This document shows, in pieces, positions 1-10,008 of a stretch of 64,000 bases of DNA (position 1 is the stretch's first letter; each line of letters opens with the position of its first letter). Below the pieces are notes generated by a model. That model was given only the letters and a program-made list of their open reading frames with translations, made no database searches and had not been told where the DNA came from. Origin of the DNA: Thermodesulfovibrionales bacterium (lineage in GTDB: Bacteria; Nitrospirota; Thermodesulfovibrionia; Thermodesulfovibrionales; SM23-35); NCBI GenBank assembly GCA_963715195.1, contig CAVQRT010000030.1, positions 32,001 through 96,000 on the forward strand, written 5' to 3'. The translations under genes and the position numbers were made by a program.

Positions 1-2265
1 TTTATCGTTACCGGGGACAAGGACATGCTTCAGATCGTAAACGAGAAAATCAAGGTATACGATCCCATGAAAGACAAAGTCTTTGACGAACAATATGTCA
101 CGGAGAAATTCGGGCTGAAGCCAGAGCGAATCCCTGAATTCATGGCCTTGACCGGAGACGCCGTTGACAATATCCCGGGAATTAAGGGAGTCGGCGAAAA
201 GACAGCGAGGGAACTCTTGACCCAATTCCATAATCTCGAACACATGTTAAACAATCCAGCAAAGATAAAAAAAGAGAAATTGAGACATCTCGTGGCTGAG
301 AGCGCAGACGTCGTGCGGTTGAGTCAAAAACTTGCAACACTCGATAGATCTGTTCCCATCGATATTCATGTCGAAGAATTCAAGCTGAGGGAACCCGACT
401 GGCTTTCTCTGTTAGCCCTTTTCAGGGAATTCGAGTTTGGGAGGCTGATGAAACTTATTCCTTCGGGGACCGGACCCGAAATGAGCAACGAGATAGTCCT
501 CGCTGCAGGCAGACTCAAAGAGATCGTGTCGACAATTAAAGATGAGGTTGCTCTCGACACCGAGGCAACCAGCAGGCATCCTGTTGCTGCTGATCTCGTT
601 GGCATATCACTCTGCAATGAGAGCCAACGCGCTTTCTACGTCCCTGTTCATCACACATACCCCGGCGTGCCTGAACAAATAAACAAGAGCACCGGTGTTT
701 CCATTCTTTCACCATTTCTTGAGGATGAAAAGGTAGCAAAAATAGGGCATAACCTGAAATACGATATCATTCTCCTCGAAAAGGAGGGGATCCGCGTCAA
801 AGGGCCTTTATTTGATACCATGATTGCATCATATCTTCTGAACCCAAACAAACCAAACCACAGCCTCGAGGAAGTCTCCCTCGAATACCTGTCATACCGG
901 AAAAAGACGTTCATGGAAGTAGTTAAGAAAAGAAGTTCCTTTTCGGAAGTCCCGCTTGAGGATGCCGTTACGTATGCGTGTACTGATGCTCACCTCGCTT
1001 TTGAATTGAAGGAAATTCTGTTTACAAAACTGGGAGAAAACGATCTTGCGAACCTCTATTTCACGATAGAAATGCCGCTCATTTCTGTGCTCGCCGGCAT
1101 GGAAATGGCGGGGGTAAAGATTGACTCCGAGAAACTCGCGGCGATATCAAAAGAACTTGAACGCGAAATCGAAGGCCTTACAAGAAGAATTTACTTTCTT
1201 GCCGGGGAAGAATTTAACATCAACTCACCGAAACAGTTGAGCAAAATCCTGTTCCACAATCTTAGCCTCCGGCCGGGGAAAAAGACAAAAACCGGTTTTT
1301 CCACCGAAATGAGTGTGCTCGAAGAGCTTGCGGAGGCACACGAACTGCCCCGGGAGGTGCTTGTTTACCGGAGCCTGACCAAACTCCAGACAACTTATAT
1401 CGACGTCCTGCCGGCGCTGATCGATCACAGGACTGGCCGTATCCATACCTCGTTTAACCAGACAGTGACATCTACCGGAAGATTGAGCAGCAGCGAGCCT
1501 AACCTCCAGAACATCCCGGTAAAAGGAGCGTGGGGAAAGCGCATACGGGAAACATTTATTGCGGAAAAAGGCAACATTCTGCTCTCGGCAGATTATTCGC
1601 AGGTTGAATTGCGGCTACTCGCACATCTCAGTAATGATGAAGGGCTCATTGATGCATTCAGAAAGGACCTTGATATCCACTCCAGGACAGCGTCTGAAAT
1701 TTTTGGCGTACCGATCGAAAAAGTACCCGGGGATCTCAGGAGGGTTGCCAAGACAGTGAACTTCGGGGTTATTTATGGCATTTCACCTTTCGGATTAGCA
1801 GAGACACTCAGCATTCCGGGGGATGATGCAAAAAAATATATTGATCAGTACTTTCAGAGACATCCCGGAGTGAAGACATATATAAACAGAAGCATTACCG
1901 AGGCAAAGAGCAATGGGTTTGTAACAACGCTCTTCGGCAGGAAACGCTCCATTCCCGAAATCCTGAGCAGGAATGTGGCCGTGAGACAACAAGGAGAGAG
2001 ATTTGCCATGAATTCACCGATTCAGGGTACGGCAGCCGATATTATCAAAGTCGCGATGATAAACATAGCGGGTATGCTCAGAGAGAAAAACCTGAAGGCA
2101 AAGATGATCCTTCAGGTGCACGATGAACTCCTCTTTGAACTCCATCCCGGGGAGCTTGAAACGTTAACTGATATTGTCCGCAAGGAGATGGAAAGGGTTA
2201 TCACACTCTCTGTTCCGTTAAAAGTGGATATTCACCACGGGAATAACTGGGCCGAAGCACATTAA
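1..2265 (+). CDS. polA: DNA polymerase I (5' end lies before the window)
   Basis: Frame open from base 1 (FIVTGDKDMLQ); GDAVDNIPG 5'-nuclease motif, DTE exo motif, DYSQVELR, KTVNFGVIYG and QVHDEL polymerase motifs. Confidence 0.98.
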   Translation, partial: FIVTGDKDMLQIVNEKIKVYDPMKDKVFDEQYVTEKFGLKPERIPEFMALTGDAVDNIPGIKGVGEKTARELLTQFHNLEHMLNNPAKIKKEKLRHLVAESADVVRLSQKLATLDRSVPIDIHVEEFKLREPDWLSLLALFREFEFGRLMKLIPSGTGPEMSNEIVLAAGRLKEIVSTIKDEVALDTEATSRHPVAADLVGISLCNESQRAFYVPVHHTYPGVPEQINKSTGVSILSPFLEDEKVAKIGHNLKYDIILLEKEGIRVKGPLFDTMIASYLLNPNKPNHSLEEVSLEYLSYRKKTFMEVVKKRSSFSEVPLEDAVTYACTDAHLAFELKEILFTKLGENDLANLYFTIEMPLISVLAGMEMAGVKIDSEKLAAISKELEREIEGLTRRIYFLAGEEFNINSPKQLSKILFHNLSLRPGKKTKTGFSTEMSVLEELAEAHELPREVLVYRSLTKLQTTYIDVLPALIDHRTGRIHTSFNQTVTSTGRLSSSEPNLQNIPVKGAWGKRIRETFIAEKGNILLSADYSQVELRLLAHLSNDEGLIDAFRKDLDIHSRTASEIFGVPIEKVPGDLRRVAKTVNFGVIYGISPFGLAETLSIPGDDAKKYIDQYFQRHPGVKTYINRSITEAKSNGFVTTLFGRKRSIPEILSRNVAVRQQGERFAMNSPIQGTAADIIKVAMINIAGMLREKNLKAKMILQVHDELLFELHPGELETLTDIVRKEMERVITLSVPLKVDIHHGNNWAEAH

Positions 2266-2335
2266 AAGTGAAAAGTGATAATGTTCTTTTGGTAATTATG
2301 CATTTTTGGTAAAATAGTGGGCATCAGGAGGGGTT

Positions 2336-3520
2336 ATGACAAAGAAATCAGGCATTCAGAAGATTTCCCTCACAACAAAGAAAAAAAGTGTGAAGAAAAA
2401 AGCTGGCACTGTCTCTGCATCTCCTGAAAAGAAAGCTGGGGGAAAAAGGCAGGCCCGGAGTGTAGCTCCAAAGGCTAAGGTAGTACCGAAGGGTAAGGGA
2501 AAGAAGACTCCGGTAAAAAAGGGGAAGAGTGAAGTCAAGAAACAGGCAAAACCTGTCAAAAAACCGGGGAAGACAGCATTAATACCTCCAAAAAAGACGG
2601 CCACTAAGAGGCCAACCAGCAAAAAGACGGCAAAAGCCCCTCTTAAAAAATCAATAAAAACTGTAGCATCCGAAAAAGCCGGGAAGCCTCTGAAAGCAAC
2701 TAGGGCCAAAACAACGGCAACAAAAATAAAAAGAGCCAGAGAAGAAACCGTTCAGAAGAAAGTAAATAAGACGAAAAAGGCTGCCGGAAAACCTGAAAAA
2801 AAGATTACCCTCAGGAAAACAGATAAAACGGAAGCACCCAAGACACGAAAAACACCTTCCAAAAAACTTGCTACAGCCCGGGCTAAACAGAAAAAACCGC
2901 TCAAAAGAAAAGCATCTGAAAAAATTGAACAGGCAAAACCCGTTCAAGCAAGAAGGGAGAGGAAAAAGCGTACTCTGAAAAAACCAACTGAAGTTAAACA
3001 GATGAAACCAACTGTGGTTCCGAAACGGCTGAAGGAAGAAAAAGCTTTTCCTTCGCCGAAGGGTATAGCAGCTGATACCAGAGTAACAGGAATGGCCACT
3101 GAGGAAGTTTTATTCCTTTCCGCCGAAGTGGAAACACTCCCATCTGAATATGGAGAAAATAGCATTACGCTTATGCCGGTCAATCCATACAAACTGTTTG
3201 CCTTTTGGGAAGTCCGAAGAGAAACCCTGAAGATATTAAAGGGTTTTCTCAATCTGAGGTTGTACGATGTCACTGGCATCGATTTGGCTACAACAGATGC
3301 ACATTTCTTTACAGACAGCACAGTCAGTGAAAGGGTCGGTAAAATGTACCTCTATGTGATTCCCGCAAAAGAGTATGTCGCTGACATTGGTATTGTCCAC
3401 AATGGGATTTTTATCGGTATTGCGCGCTCACCGAGAGTATCGACCCCCGGCGCAGGAACTGCTGGAGAAGAGGAATACCTCCCCGAAGGTTTTGCTGCCG
3501 GCACCCGCATCGGTTATTAA
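2336..3520 (+). CDS. DUF4912-domain protein with a ~240 aa Lys-rich (histone H1-like) N-terminus
   Basis: AGGAGG SD; K/A/T/P-rich N-terminus; C-terminal LPSEYGENSITLMPVNPYKLFAFWEV...IARSPRVSTP typical of DUF4912. Confidence 0.8.
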   Translation: MTKKSGIQKISLTTKKKSVKKKAGTVSASPEKKAGGKRQARSVAPKAKVVPKGKGKKTPVKKGKSEVKKQAKPVKKPGKTALIPPKKTATKRPTSKKTAKAPLKKSIKTVASEKAGKPLKATRAKTTATKIKRAREETVQKKVNKTKKAAGKPEKKITLRKTDKTEAPKTRKTPSKKLATARAKQKKPLKRKASEKIEQAKPVQARRERKKRTLKKPTEVKQMKPTVVPKRLKEEKAFPSPKGIAADTRVTGMATEEVLFLSAEVETLPSEYGENSITLMPVNPYKLFAFWEVRRETLKILKGFLNLRLYDVTGIDLATTDAHFFTDSTVSERVGKMYLYVIPAKEYVADIGIVHNGIFIGIARSPRVSTPGAGTAGEEEYLPEGFAAGTRIGY

Positions 3521-3548
3521 TTCTTTTTATTCTTCATGGAGGGTACGT

Positions 3549-5123
3549 ATGCAGAAATCAGTAGGTTTTCTGTTGGCTTTCGTTTTTCTCTTTTTCCTTT
3601 TTTCGATGCCTGTGCTGGCAGCAGATCCCGAAATTGAACAATTAAAAGGAGAGGTCCAGAAGCTGCTTCAGCGAATCGAAGAGCTGGAAAAGAAACAGGC
3701 TGAAACACAGACGACAACAGTTGAGACAGAGAAAAAGGTTGAAGAGGTTGAAAAGAGAGCGGAGAAAGTTGAAAAGAAGTCGCTCAAGGATCGTATTGAG
3801 TGGGGTGGTGAAATACGCTTCCGTATTGTGACCGAGAATGCAACAACAGACAAGAACTTTTATGGAGTCGGCCAACCGGGCAAAAATCAGGAGTGGGAAG
3901 ACAAAACCTCGTTCCCCACAAGAATTAGACTGAACGCCCATGTTGAGGCCGTGCAGGACTGGCTTGATGTCTATGCACGTCTTACGATGAACAAACGATG
4001 GGGTGCATGGGATTCTTCAGCAACAGATCCGTTCAACAAGCCAAACTCATTTGAAGCAAGCAGCGGACATGATTTGAATGCACGGTTTGAACAGGCTTAT
4101 ATAACGATGAAATTGCCCTGGATCAACAGCATGTGGTATATAGGACGTCTCCCCGGTGAGGATGGCGCCCCACAGCGCTCGGCTCGAAGCATCTTCCCGA
4201 GGCCGTTCATAGACTCTGAGATTGATGGGACATTAATCTTATGGACTGCACCGGCGACCGGCCTTGACAATGTAAATCTCCCGTGGACATCCAAGAGATT
4301 ATGGGGAACGCAGAGCGAATCCGGCAAGGCGCCGACGCTTAAGTCATATGAAGCAAAGGTTAAAGACAAAACTGGGATTCTTCTCGGATACCTGAAGTAT
4401 GACGAGAAAAAACTGCAGTTTGAGGATGATGAAGACCTCAAGTCAGACGCTGATGCGTATCTTGCACAGGCACAGGTAAAGGTCGGCAAAGATACAGCGG
4501 TTATCCTCAGCGGGCTTTACATGGAAGATTGGCATATGCCCAATACTTCAGGGCTGAATTATATCCCTGATCTAAGAACGGATTATTACCTGACCGGCGC
4601 ATACGTTGATACCCAGCTCATGGGATTTATGCTGTACGGAGCTTACTATTACAGCCATTTCAACATCTCGGGGCACTCGTTCAAACCCGGTGGCACAGGA
4701 GATACCAATACTGTTGATGCAGACGGGAAGCCTGGCCATTTATGGTTTGCAGGATTTAACACCGGAGACCTGATTCATCCGAACCATCAGTTGACCCTTG
4801 AGTTTGCAGACGGTAGCGACGCATGGATCAACCCGTTCAACTACAGGGGGTTCAGGAGAAAAGGCACCGTGTCTTCGCCGGCAGGTAACTATTTCTATGA
4901 TCCTTCAGGCAAAGGCACTGTAGGCTTCTATCCGTTCAATGCACAGGTATGGGACATTTACTACGACTACTATTTCAAACCGAGCATAAGATTCCGTTTA
5001 GGGTATATGGATTTCCTGTATACCAAACATGACAGGGACAGCGGGGAGGGCTTCTCGGTTCTCGGAAGCTCGAAATACCAGCATGATTATTGGCCTTACT
5101 TTGAGATCAACGTCTCTTTCTAA
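3549..5123 (+). CDS. DUF3373-like outer-membrane beta-barrel/porin
   Basis: Signal peptide, coiled coil, then DRIEWGGEIRFR..RIRLN; aromatic-rich strands and terminal Phe; start moved to MQKSV. Confidence 0.75.
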   Translation: MQKSVGFLLAFVFLFFLFSMPVLAADPEIEQLKGEVQKLLQRIEELEKKQAETQTTTVETEKKVEEVEKRAEKVEKKSLKDRIEWGGEIRFRIVTENATTDKNFYGVGQPGKNQEWEDKTSFPTRIRLNAHVEAVQDWLDVYARLTMNKRWGAWDSSATDPFNKPNSFEASSGHDLNARFEQAYITMKLPWINSMWYIGRLPGEDGAPQRSARSIFPRPFIDSEIDGTLILWTAPATGLDNVNLPWTSKRLWGTQSESGKAPTLKSYEAKVKDKTGILLGYLKYDEKKLQFEDDEDLKSDADAYLAQAQVKVGKDTAVILSGLYMEDWHMPNTSGLNYIPDLRTDYYLTGAYVDTQLMGFMLYGAYYYSHFNISGHSFKPGGTGDTNTVDADGKPGHLWFAGFNTGDLIHPNHQLTLEFADGSDAWINPFNYRGFRRKGTVSSPAGNYFYDPSGKGTVGFYPFNAQVWDIYYDYYFKPSIRFRLGYMDFLYTKHDRDSGEGFSVLGSSKYQHDYWPYFEINVSF

Positions 5124-5144
5124 GCTCTGTTAACCTTCTTGACT

Positions 5145-5180
5145 GGGGAGGCTGGATTCCGCCAGCCTCCCCTTTATTTA
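5145..5180 (+). terminator. Rho-independent terminator
   Basis: GGGGAGGCTGG-6nt-CCAGCCTCCCC followed by a T-rich tail. Confidence 0.8.
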
Positions 5181-5213
5181 TCTTCATGTGATTTTCTCAA
5201 TTGTTTAAATCAC

Positions 5214-5243
5214 TTGAAAGGGGCCAAAGAAATCCTTTAGAAT
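5214..5243 (+). promoter_or_regulatory. sigma70-like promoter of the tRNA
   Basis: TTGAAA-18nt-TAGAAT about 55 nt upstream of the tRNA. Confidence 0.5.
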
Positions 5244-5298
5244 CAAAGGCACGCATAACCCGCCCTGCAACATTGGGATCTCTGCAAGCATATCACAT

Positions 5299-5373
5299 GC
5301 CGGTGTAGCTCAGAGGCAGAGCAGCTGATTCGTAATCAGCAGGTCGTCGGTTCGACTCCGACCACCGGCTCCA
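5299..5373 (+). tRNA. tRNA-Thr(CGT)
   Basis: GCCGGTG/CACCGGC acceptor stem, GCTGA-TTCGTAA-TCAGC anticodon arm, GGTTCGACTCC T-arm, encoded CCA. Confidence 0.97.
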
Positions 5374-5689
5374 TAAAAAAATCAAGTATTTCGAGAGCTT
5401 ACACCCTAAAATTACCTTTTTCTTTGGTTTCGGAAAATAGGAGAAAACGGGGGAAATTAACCCCATTTTGCACCCAAAATGCACCCACTTTGTTCTCCTG
5501 TGTCAGTATATTTGAAATTCATCGATCTCTATCTCTCCTCTTGACTCACTCCATCAGGATGTTGTGAACGCAATACAACATTTGAATTTGAATTGGTAGC
5601 GAGCCTTCCGTAGAATAGCTTATTTACCTAATCAGATATTTTTGGTCAGGTTATAGTTACGCCTGTGAGAGTTGCTGAACTGTTATTGA

Positions 5690-6109
5690 TCATTCTCCAA
5701 TAATCTTTACCAGAACTCTTTTTTTCCTTCTTCCATCAAACTCTCCGTAAAAGATCTGCTCCCATGGACCAAAATCCAGTTTCCCATTGGTAACAGCAAC
5801 AACAACTTCCCTGCCCATAATCTGGCGTTTCAGGTGGGCATCAGCATTATCCTCACCAATATTGTGACGGTACTGAGAAACTGGTTCATGCGGTGCGAGC
5901 TTTTCAAGCCAGCCCTCATAGTCGTGGTGAAGTCCTGACTCATCGTCATTGATAAATACAGATGCTGTTATGTGCATTGCGTTTACAAGAATAATACCCT
6001 CTGTTATGCCACTCTCCCTCAGACACCTTTCTACCTCAGGAGTAATGTTAATAAAGGCCCGACGGGTAGGCACTTCAAACCAGAGTTCTTTGCGATAACT
6101 CTTCATCAT
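5690..6109 (-). CDS. yjbQ: YjbQ/UPF0047 family protein (secondary thiamine-phosphate synthase-like)
   Basis: [20 protein letters not shown] and [13 protein letters not shown] motifs. Confidence 0.9.
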   Translation of the reverse strand: MMKSYRKELWFEVPTRRAFINITPEVERCLRESGITEGIILVNAMHITASVFINDDESGLHHDYEGWLEKLAPHEPVSQYRHNIGEDNADAHLKRQIMGREVVVAVTNGKLDFGPWEQIFYGEFDGRRKKRVLVKIIGE

Positions 6110-6901
6110 AGCCTCCTTCATTCAAAAGAAGTTTTCTGATCTGGTAATTATAAAATATCTTCACCTGTCTGAGATTCACCATAAGATATACCCTTCCTTT
6201 CTTATATCCCATGCAGTATAATCTCAATCAACAAAATTACAGAGAGGGGTATGCGGAAACGAGGAATTCAAGGTGCGGAGAAAAGGTGTTGAGGGAATGC
6301 ACCTTTTTGAATCTATAAGCTTTTGCGGAGAATTTACTTTTTATATGGTTGTAATCTTGTAGTATCTATTAATTCGACGGAGGCTGTCGTATAAATTCGA
6401 AAGATGCTATAGAACTATTACTACGCGCTTGTCATGAATGACATTTTCTGATACCAAAGTATAAGAAAAAATTATGACTATTAGCATCTGTGAATAAATT
6501 GTAAGAAAAATGGTTTGTAATTCCTTCCAGCCCTTTAATTATGATGGCTTCTATACTTTTGCCTAAGATTCGGTCATGCAAAATACGCAATAAAATCAAT
6601 ATATTATGTGAGTAACACTGGATCTGCTGTCATGTCATCGGTACCAGTCGCTGAAAGCCTTACTCTATCAAGGAGCTCTATGGGTAGGCTGTTAATAAGA
6701 TATGAAAAAGCCTGTCTTTATCGGTCTCAGAAAAGATGCTCTTAGGGGAGATAGCGCCGAGTACTGTCACTATTGGAAAGAATAATCAAGAGGGAAGGAA
6801 AATGCCAAAAGGACTAAGCCTATCCCAGCAATATATTACTTCACCTTGATATTCTTTTTTATTATTCTGATTAGTAGTACAATTGTCTCAGGATAAATTG
6901 C

Positions 6902-7303
6902 ATGACAATAAAGGACAGAGTGCTAAGGGCCAAACTGCTCATCTTCCTATTCGCGTTTCTCCTAATTCTCTCGGGGAAATCGTGGGCCAATTTCTGGTGC
7001 AACGGAAAAATCGTCGCAGTTGGGGATACCCGATTCGATATCCTGCATAAATGCGGAGAGCCGGATTTCAAAGAGAGGTGGTACGAAAATTGGATACAGA
7101 GGGATTTCTACCCGGACCTCTTCAGGTCGGAAAGACACCACAGGTATCGCGAGAGGGAACTGTACCGTGAGCCTTCCCTAGTCGAAGAAATCGTTGTAAT
7201 CGAAGAATGGATTTACAATTTAGGCCCAGCGAGATTCGTGAGGTATGTGATTTTTGAAAACGGTGTAGTCGTGGACATCAGAACGGGCGGATATGGATAT
7301 TGA
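6902..7303 (+). CDS. DUF2845-like exported protein
   Basis: Signal peptide, CNGKIVAVGD..KCGEP, EEWIYNLGP..F..G. Confidence 0.75.
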   Translation: MTIKDRVLRAKLLIFLFAFLLILSGKSWANFWCNGKIVAVGDTRFDILHKCGEPDFKERWYENWIQRDFYPDLFRSERHHRYRERELYREPSLVEEIVVIEEWIYNLGPARFVRYVIFENGVVVDIRTGGYGY

Positions 7304-7356
7304 CCGATCGGTATTACGCATATAAAAGTAGTACAATGGTTCGTGAGAGAACTTGA

Positions 7357-7524
7357 ATGACAAAGAAAGTTGATATTAAAGAAGATGCTTTCGACATAGA
7401 TACAGCTAAAATATGGTGCCCCGAAGGAGAACAATTCAAGTATGTCAAAGCCTGTGATGCTGACTGCAAAAAGAAAGACAGGTGTAAGCCATTCAGGGAT
7501 TATTTTGAGCCGAAGTTGTTCTGA
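7357..7524 (+). CDS. 55-aa four-cysteine small protein (not in the ORF track)
   Basis: MTKKVDIKEDAFDIDTAKIWCPEGEQFKYVKACDADCKKKDRCKPFRDYFEPKLF, read directly from the DNA. Confidence 0.6.
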   Translation: MTKKVDIKEDAFDIDTAKIWCPEGEQFKYVKACDADCKKKDRCKPFRDYFEPKLF

Positions 7525-8147
7525 GTTACACAGTTTTTAGAGTTTGTACGATTCTGCATCAGAAATGCTCTCGAAGACTGCTATGCAACATTTCATTCGA
7601 AATCAATAGAAAATTGTTTGTTAAACTCACATTTAAAATAGTATTTCGTAATCACTAAACTCCTCAGTTTATCTTGTAAGAAGAATTCTTACAAAAAAAT
7701 CAGACTTATACTGATACCTTTTACTCCTAATCTGAGATAGGGTTGTATGTATAAAAAGAGAGGGTAAGGTTTTACCCTAAGGTAGACACAATATTCCCCC
7801 CAATCGGGTGTTACCCCAACACCCCGGGTGTTATCCCCAACACCCTTTGAGTTTACCTATTCCCTCCAATTACCCTCTCATTTTTTTGTCCATTTCAGAT
7901 GACAAAGGCAAAGAGATCTTTGATGGAAGCCGTAATAAGAAAAAGGATGATACAAATCACCACATTGCCGTGGGCATTGTGGAATAAGTATGTGCCGGTG
8001 AGAAAAAAGCTATGTTTCCTCCGGGGCGAAAGATGCACAGCGTTCCAGATATGCCCGAGAGGCAAGCCTCCTTCCTCTTCTATGGAAGCAAACACCCCTA
8101 ATACTTGATATAATGGTGATGAGTACTATTGATAAAGGAGACATTTA

Positions 8148-8273
8148 ATGAGCAAAGAAAAAAATAAGCAAAAACCAAATGCAAAGAAAAAACCACAGCA
8201 TACCCTGAAAGAAAAAAGACAAGCAAAGAAACAAAAAGACTCTTCAACATCAAATATATGGTCCCAAAAGTAA
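8148..8273 (+). CDS. 41-aa Lys-rich small protein
   Basis: AAGGAG SD 7 nt upstream; MSKEKNKQKPNAKKKPQHTLKEKRQAKKQKDSSTSNIWSQK. Confidence 0.65.
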   Translation: MSKEKNKQKPNAKKKPQHTLKEKRQAKKQKDSSTSNIWSQK

Positions 8274-8381
8274 ATTAATAGAATTCTATAGGCAGTGGCT
8301 TAATGTCCAGTTATCAGATTTCTTCTTCATTGGAGTTGATATAGTATAGAAGCACAAATAAAATACAACCCGAGGTGTAAC

Positions 8382-9245
8382 ATGAAAAAGGTAATGGTAG
8401 CAGTATTATGCATCTTGTCACTCCTTGCAATCATTTCTATAGTTTATGCACAGAACCCTGGAATGATGGGTGGTCAAGGCACGATGGGGCATGGCATGAT
8501 GGGCTCTAGTCAAAGCGAGACGACACAAAATCCCACTCAGTTGTCTGATGGAGCGAAACTCTTCAATGCCAATTGTAGAGTTTGTCATGTGAATGGTGGC
8601 AATGTCATTAACCCGAACATGCCACTCAAGGGCTCATTGAAATTAAAGGATTATGACAGTTTTCTATCGTTTATTCGAAATCCCAAAATGCCTGACGGTT
8701 CCCAAGGTGCTATGCCTTCATTTACTGAAGGGCAAATATCAAACGAACAAGCAAAAACCCTATATCGATACATCACCTCTGACGAAGGTGAACTTGAGAG
8801 TGGAACTCCGGAAAGTGTGTATTGTCCTCGTTATGGGCAGTGTTCAAGATCAGGGAGAGGGTATCATATGGGGCCAGGTATGATGGGCGGTAGACAACAA
8901 GGCTGGAACTATTGTCCTTATTGCGGACAACCCCTTGGACAAGGTGGATATGGAATGGGACCAGGCATGATGGGACGAGGGGGAATGATGGGTGGAGGTT
9001 ATGGTTACCACATGGGACCAGGGATGATGGGACCTGGTTATTATCAACAAAACGAAGCCTGCCAGAAGTTCCTTGATGAGACTACCGGCATGAGAAAAGA
9101 TCTGCATAATAAGAGATATGAATACTTCGAGGCAATCCGCAATCCCAAAACAACCCCAGAGACAGCTGCTAAACTCGAAAAAGAACTCCGTGATCTTCAA
9201 GCTAATATTTACTCGAAAGCTCCTCAGGGTTGCTCGGTACAATAA
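8382..9245 (+). CDS. Periplasmic monoheme cytochrome c fused to Gly/Met repeats and a ZraP/CpxP-like helical domain
   Basis: Signal peptide, CRVCH plus AMP axial Met, MGPGMMG repeats, QKFLDET..RKDLHNKRYEY..LEKELRDLQ. Confidence 0.8.
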   Translation: MKKVMVAVLCILSLLAIISIVYAQNPGMMGGQGTMGHGMMGSSQSETTQNPTQLSDGAKLFNANCRVCHVNGGNVINPNMPLKGSLKLKDYDSFLSFIRNPKMPDGSQGAMPSFTEGQISNEQAKTLYRYITSDEGELESGTPESVYCPRYGQCSRSGRGYHMGPGMMGGRQQGWNYCPYCGQPLGQGGYGMGPGMMGRGGMMGGGYGYHMGPGMMGPGYYQQNEACQKFLDETTGMRKDLHNKRYEYFEAIRNPKTTPETAAKLEKELRDLQANIYSKAPQGCSVQ

Positions 9246-9386
9246 TTACTCGCAAAGAAAAGGCAGTCAGCAGAAGATGCTGGCTGCCATAAAAACTTCT
9301 TTATAATTTTTCTCTACTCCCTTCATCTTTCCTTCATAACTTTATTCTAATCTAAGATCAAGAACACAAATTCAAGGAGGCATCAC

Positions 9387-9765
9387 ATGAAAAAGGTATT
9401 AATCAGTTTAGCAGTAGTAGCAATTCTCGCAATAGGAGTTGCAGTGTATGCACAAGGTTCTGGCTGGGGAGGAAATTACGGACGCCCAGGGTACGGCTAT
9501 CATATGATGGGACACTGGTTATGGTGGACACATGAGAGGCTGGACAGGCGGATATGACCAGAAGTTTCTTGACGAGACTGCTGATGTGAGAAAGGAACTC
9601 AATAATAAGCAGTTCGAATATTCAGAGGCTATCCGGAATCCGAAGACAGATCCTGAGACTGTAACAAAGCTTGAAAAGGAGATTGGTGAACTGCAAAACA
9701 AGCTCTACGCAAAGGCTCCTCAAGGAACAAACAGGGGCTTTGTTATGCCCTGCTGGCAGTTCTAA
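9387..9765 (+). pseudogene. ZraP-like periplasmic protein, split by a +1 frameshift near 9514
   Basis: GGAGG SD and signal peptide from 9387; removing the A at 9514 restores MMGPGYGGHMRGWTGGYDQKFLDET, homologous to the upstream gene. Confidence 0.75.
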
Positions 9766-9789
9766 TAAATAAAGCTATCACTCCTTCTC

Positions 9790-9822
9790 GGCAGCCAGTC
9801 TCCCCCTACTGGCTGCCTTTTT
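9790..9822 (+). terminator. Rho-independent terminator
   Basis: GGCAGCCAGT...ACTGGCTGCC plus T tract. Confidence 0.8.
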
Positions 9823-10008
9823 CTTTTATGCCTAATTTTTCCAGTAATCATTAACTGTATCATGCTCTTAGAAGTGAAGACTTGTAGATGCAATATTGAT
9901 CAGAAAAGATAGCCTCCCTCCCAACACTATTAGGAAGAAATCTTATTTAAGTACTTCGAGAGGAATTGTTTATTTACTCATCATTTTGAAAGCACAATAT
10001 AGGCAAAC

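Noticed and set aside
7899..8108. 69-aa ORF
   Set aside because: No SD and no recognisable features; overlapped by an equally weak antisense ORF
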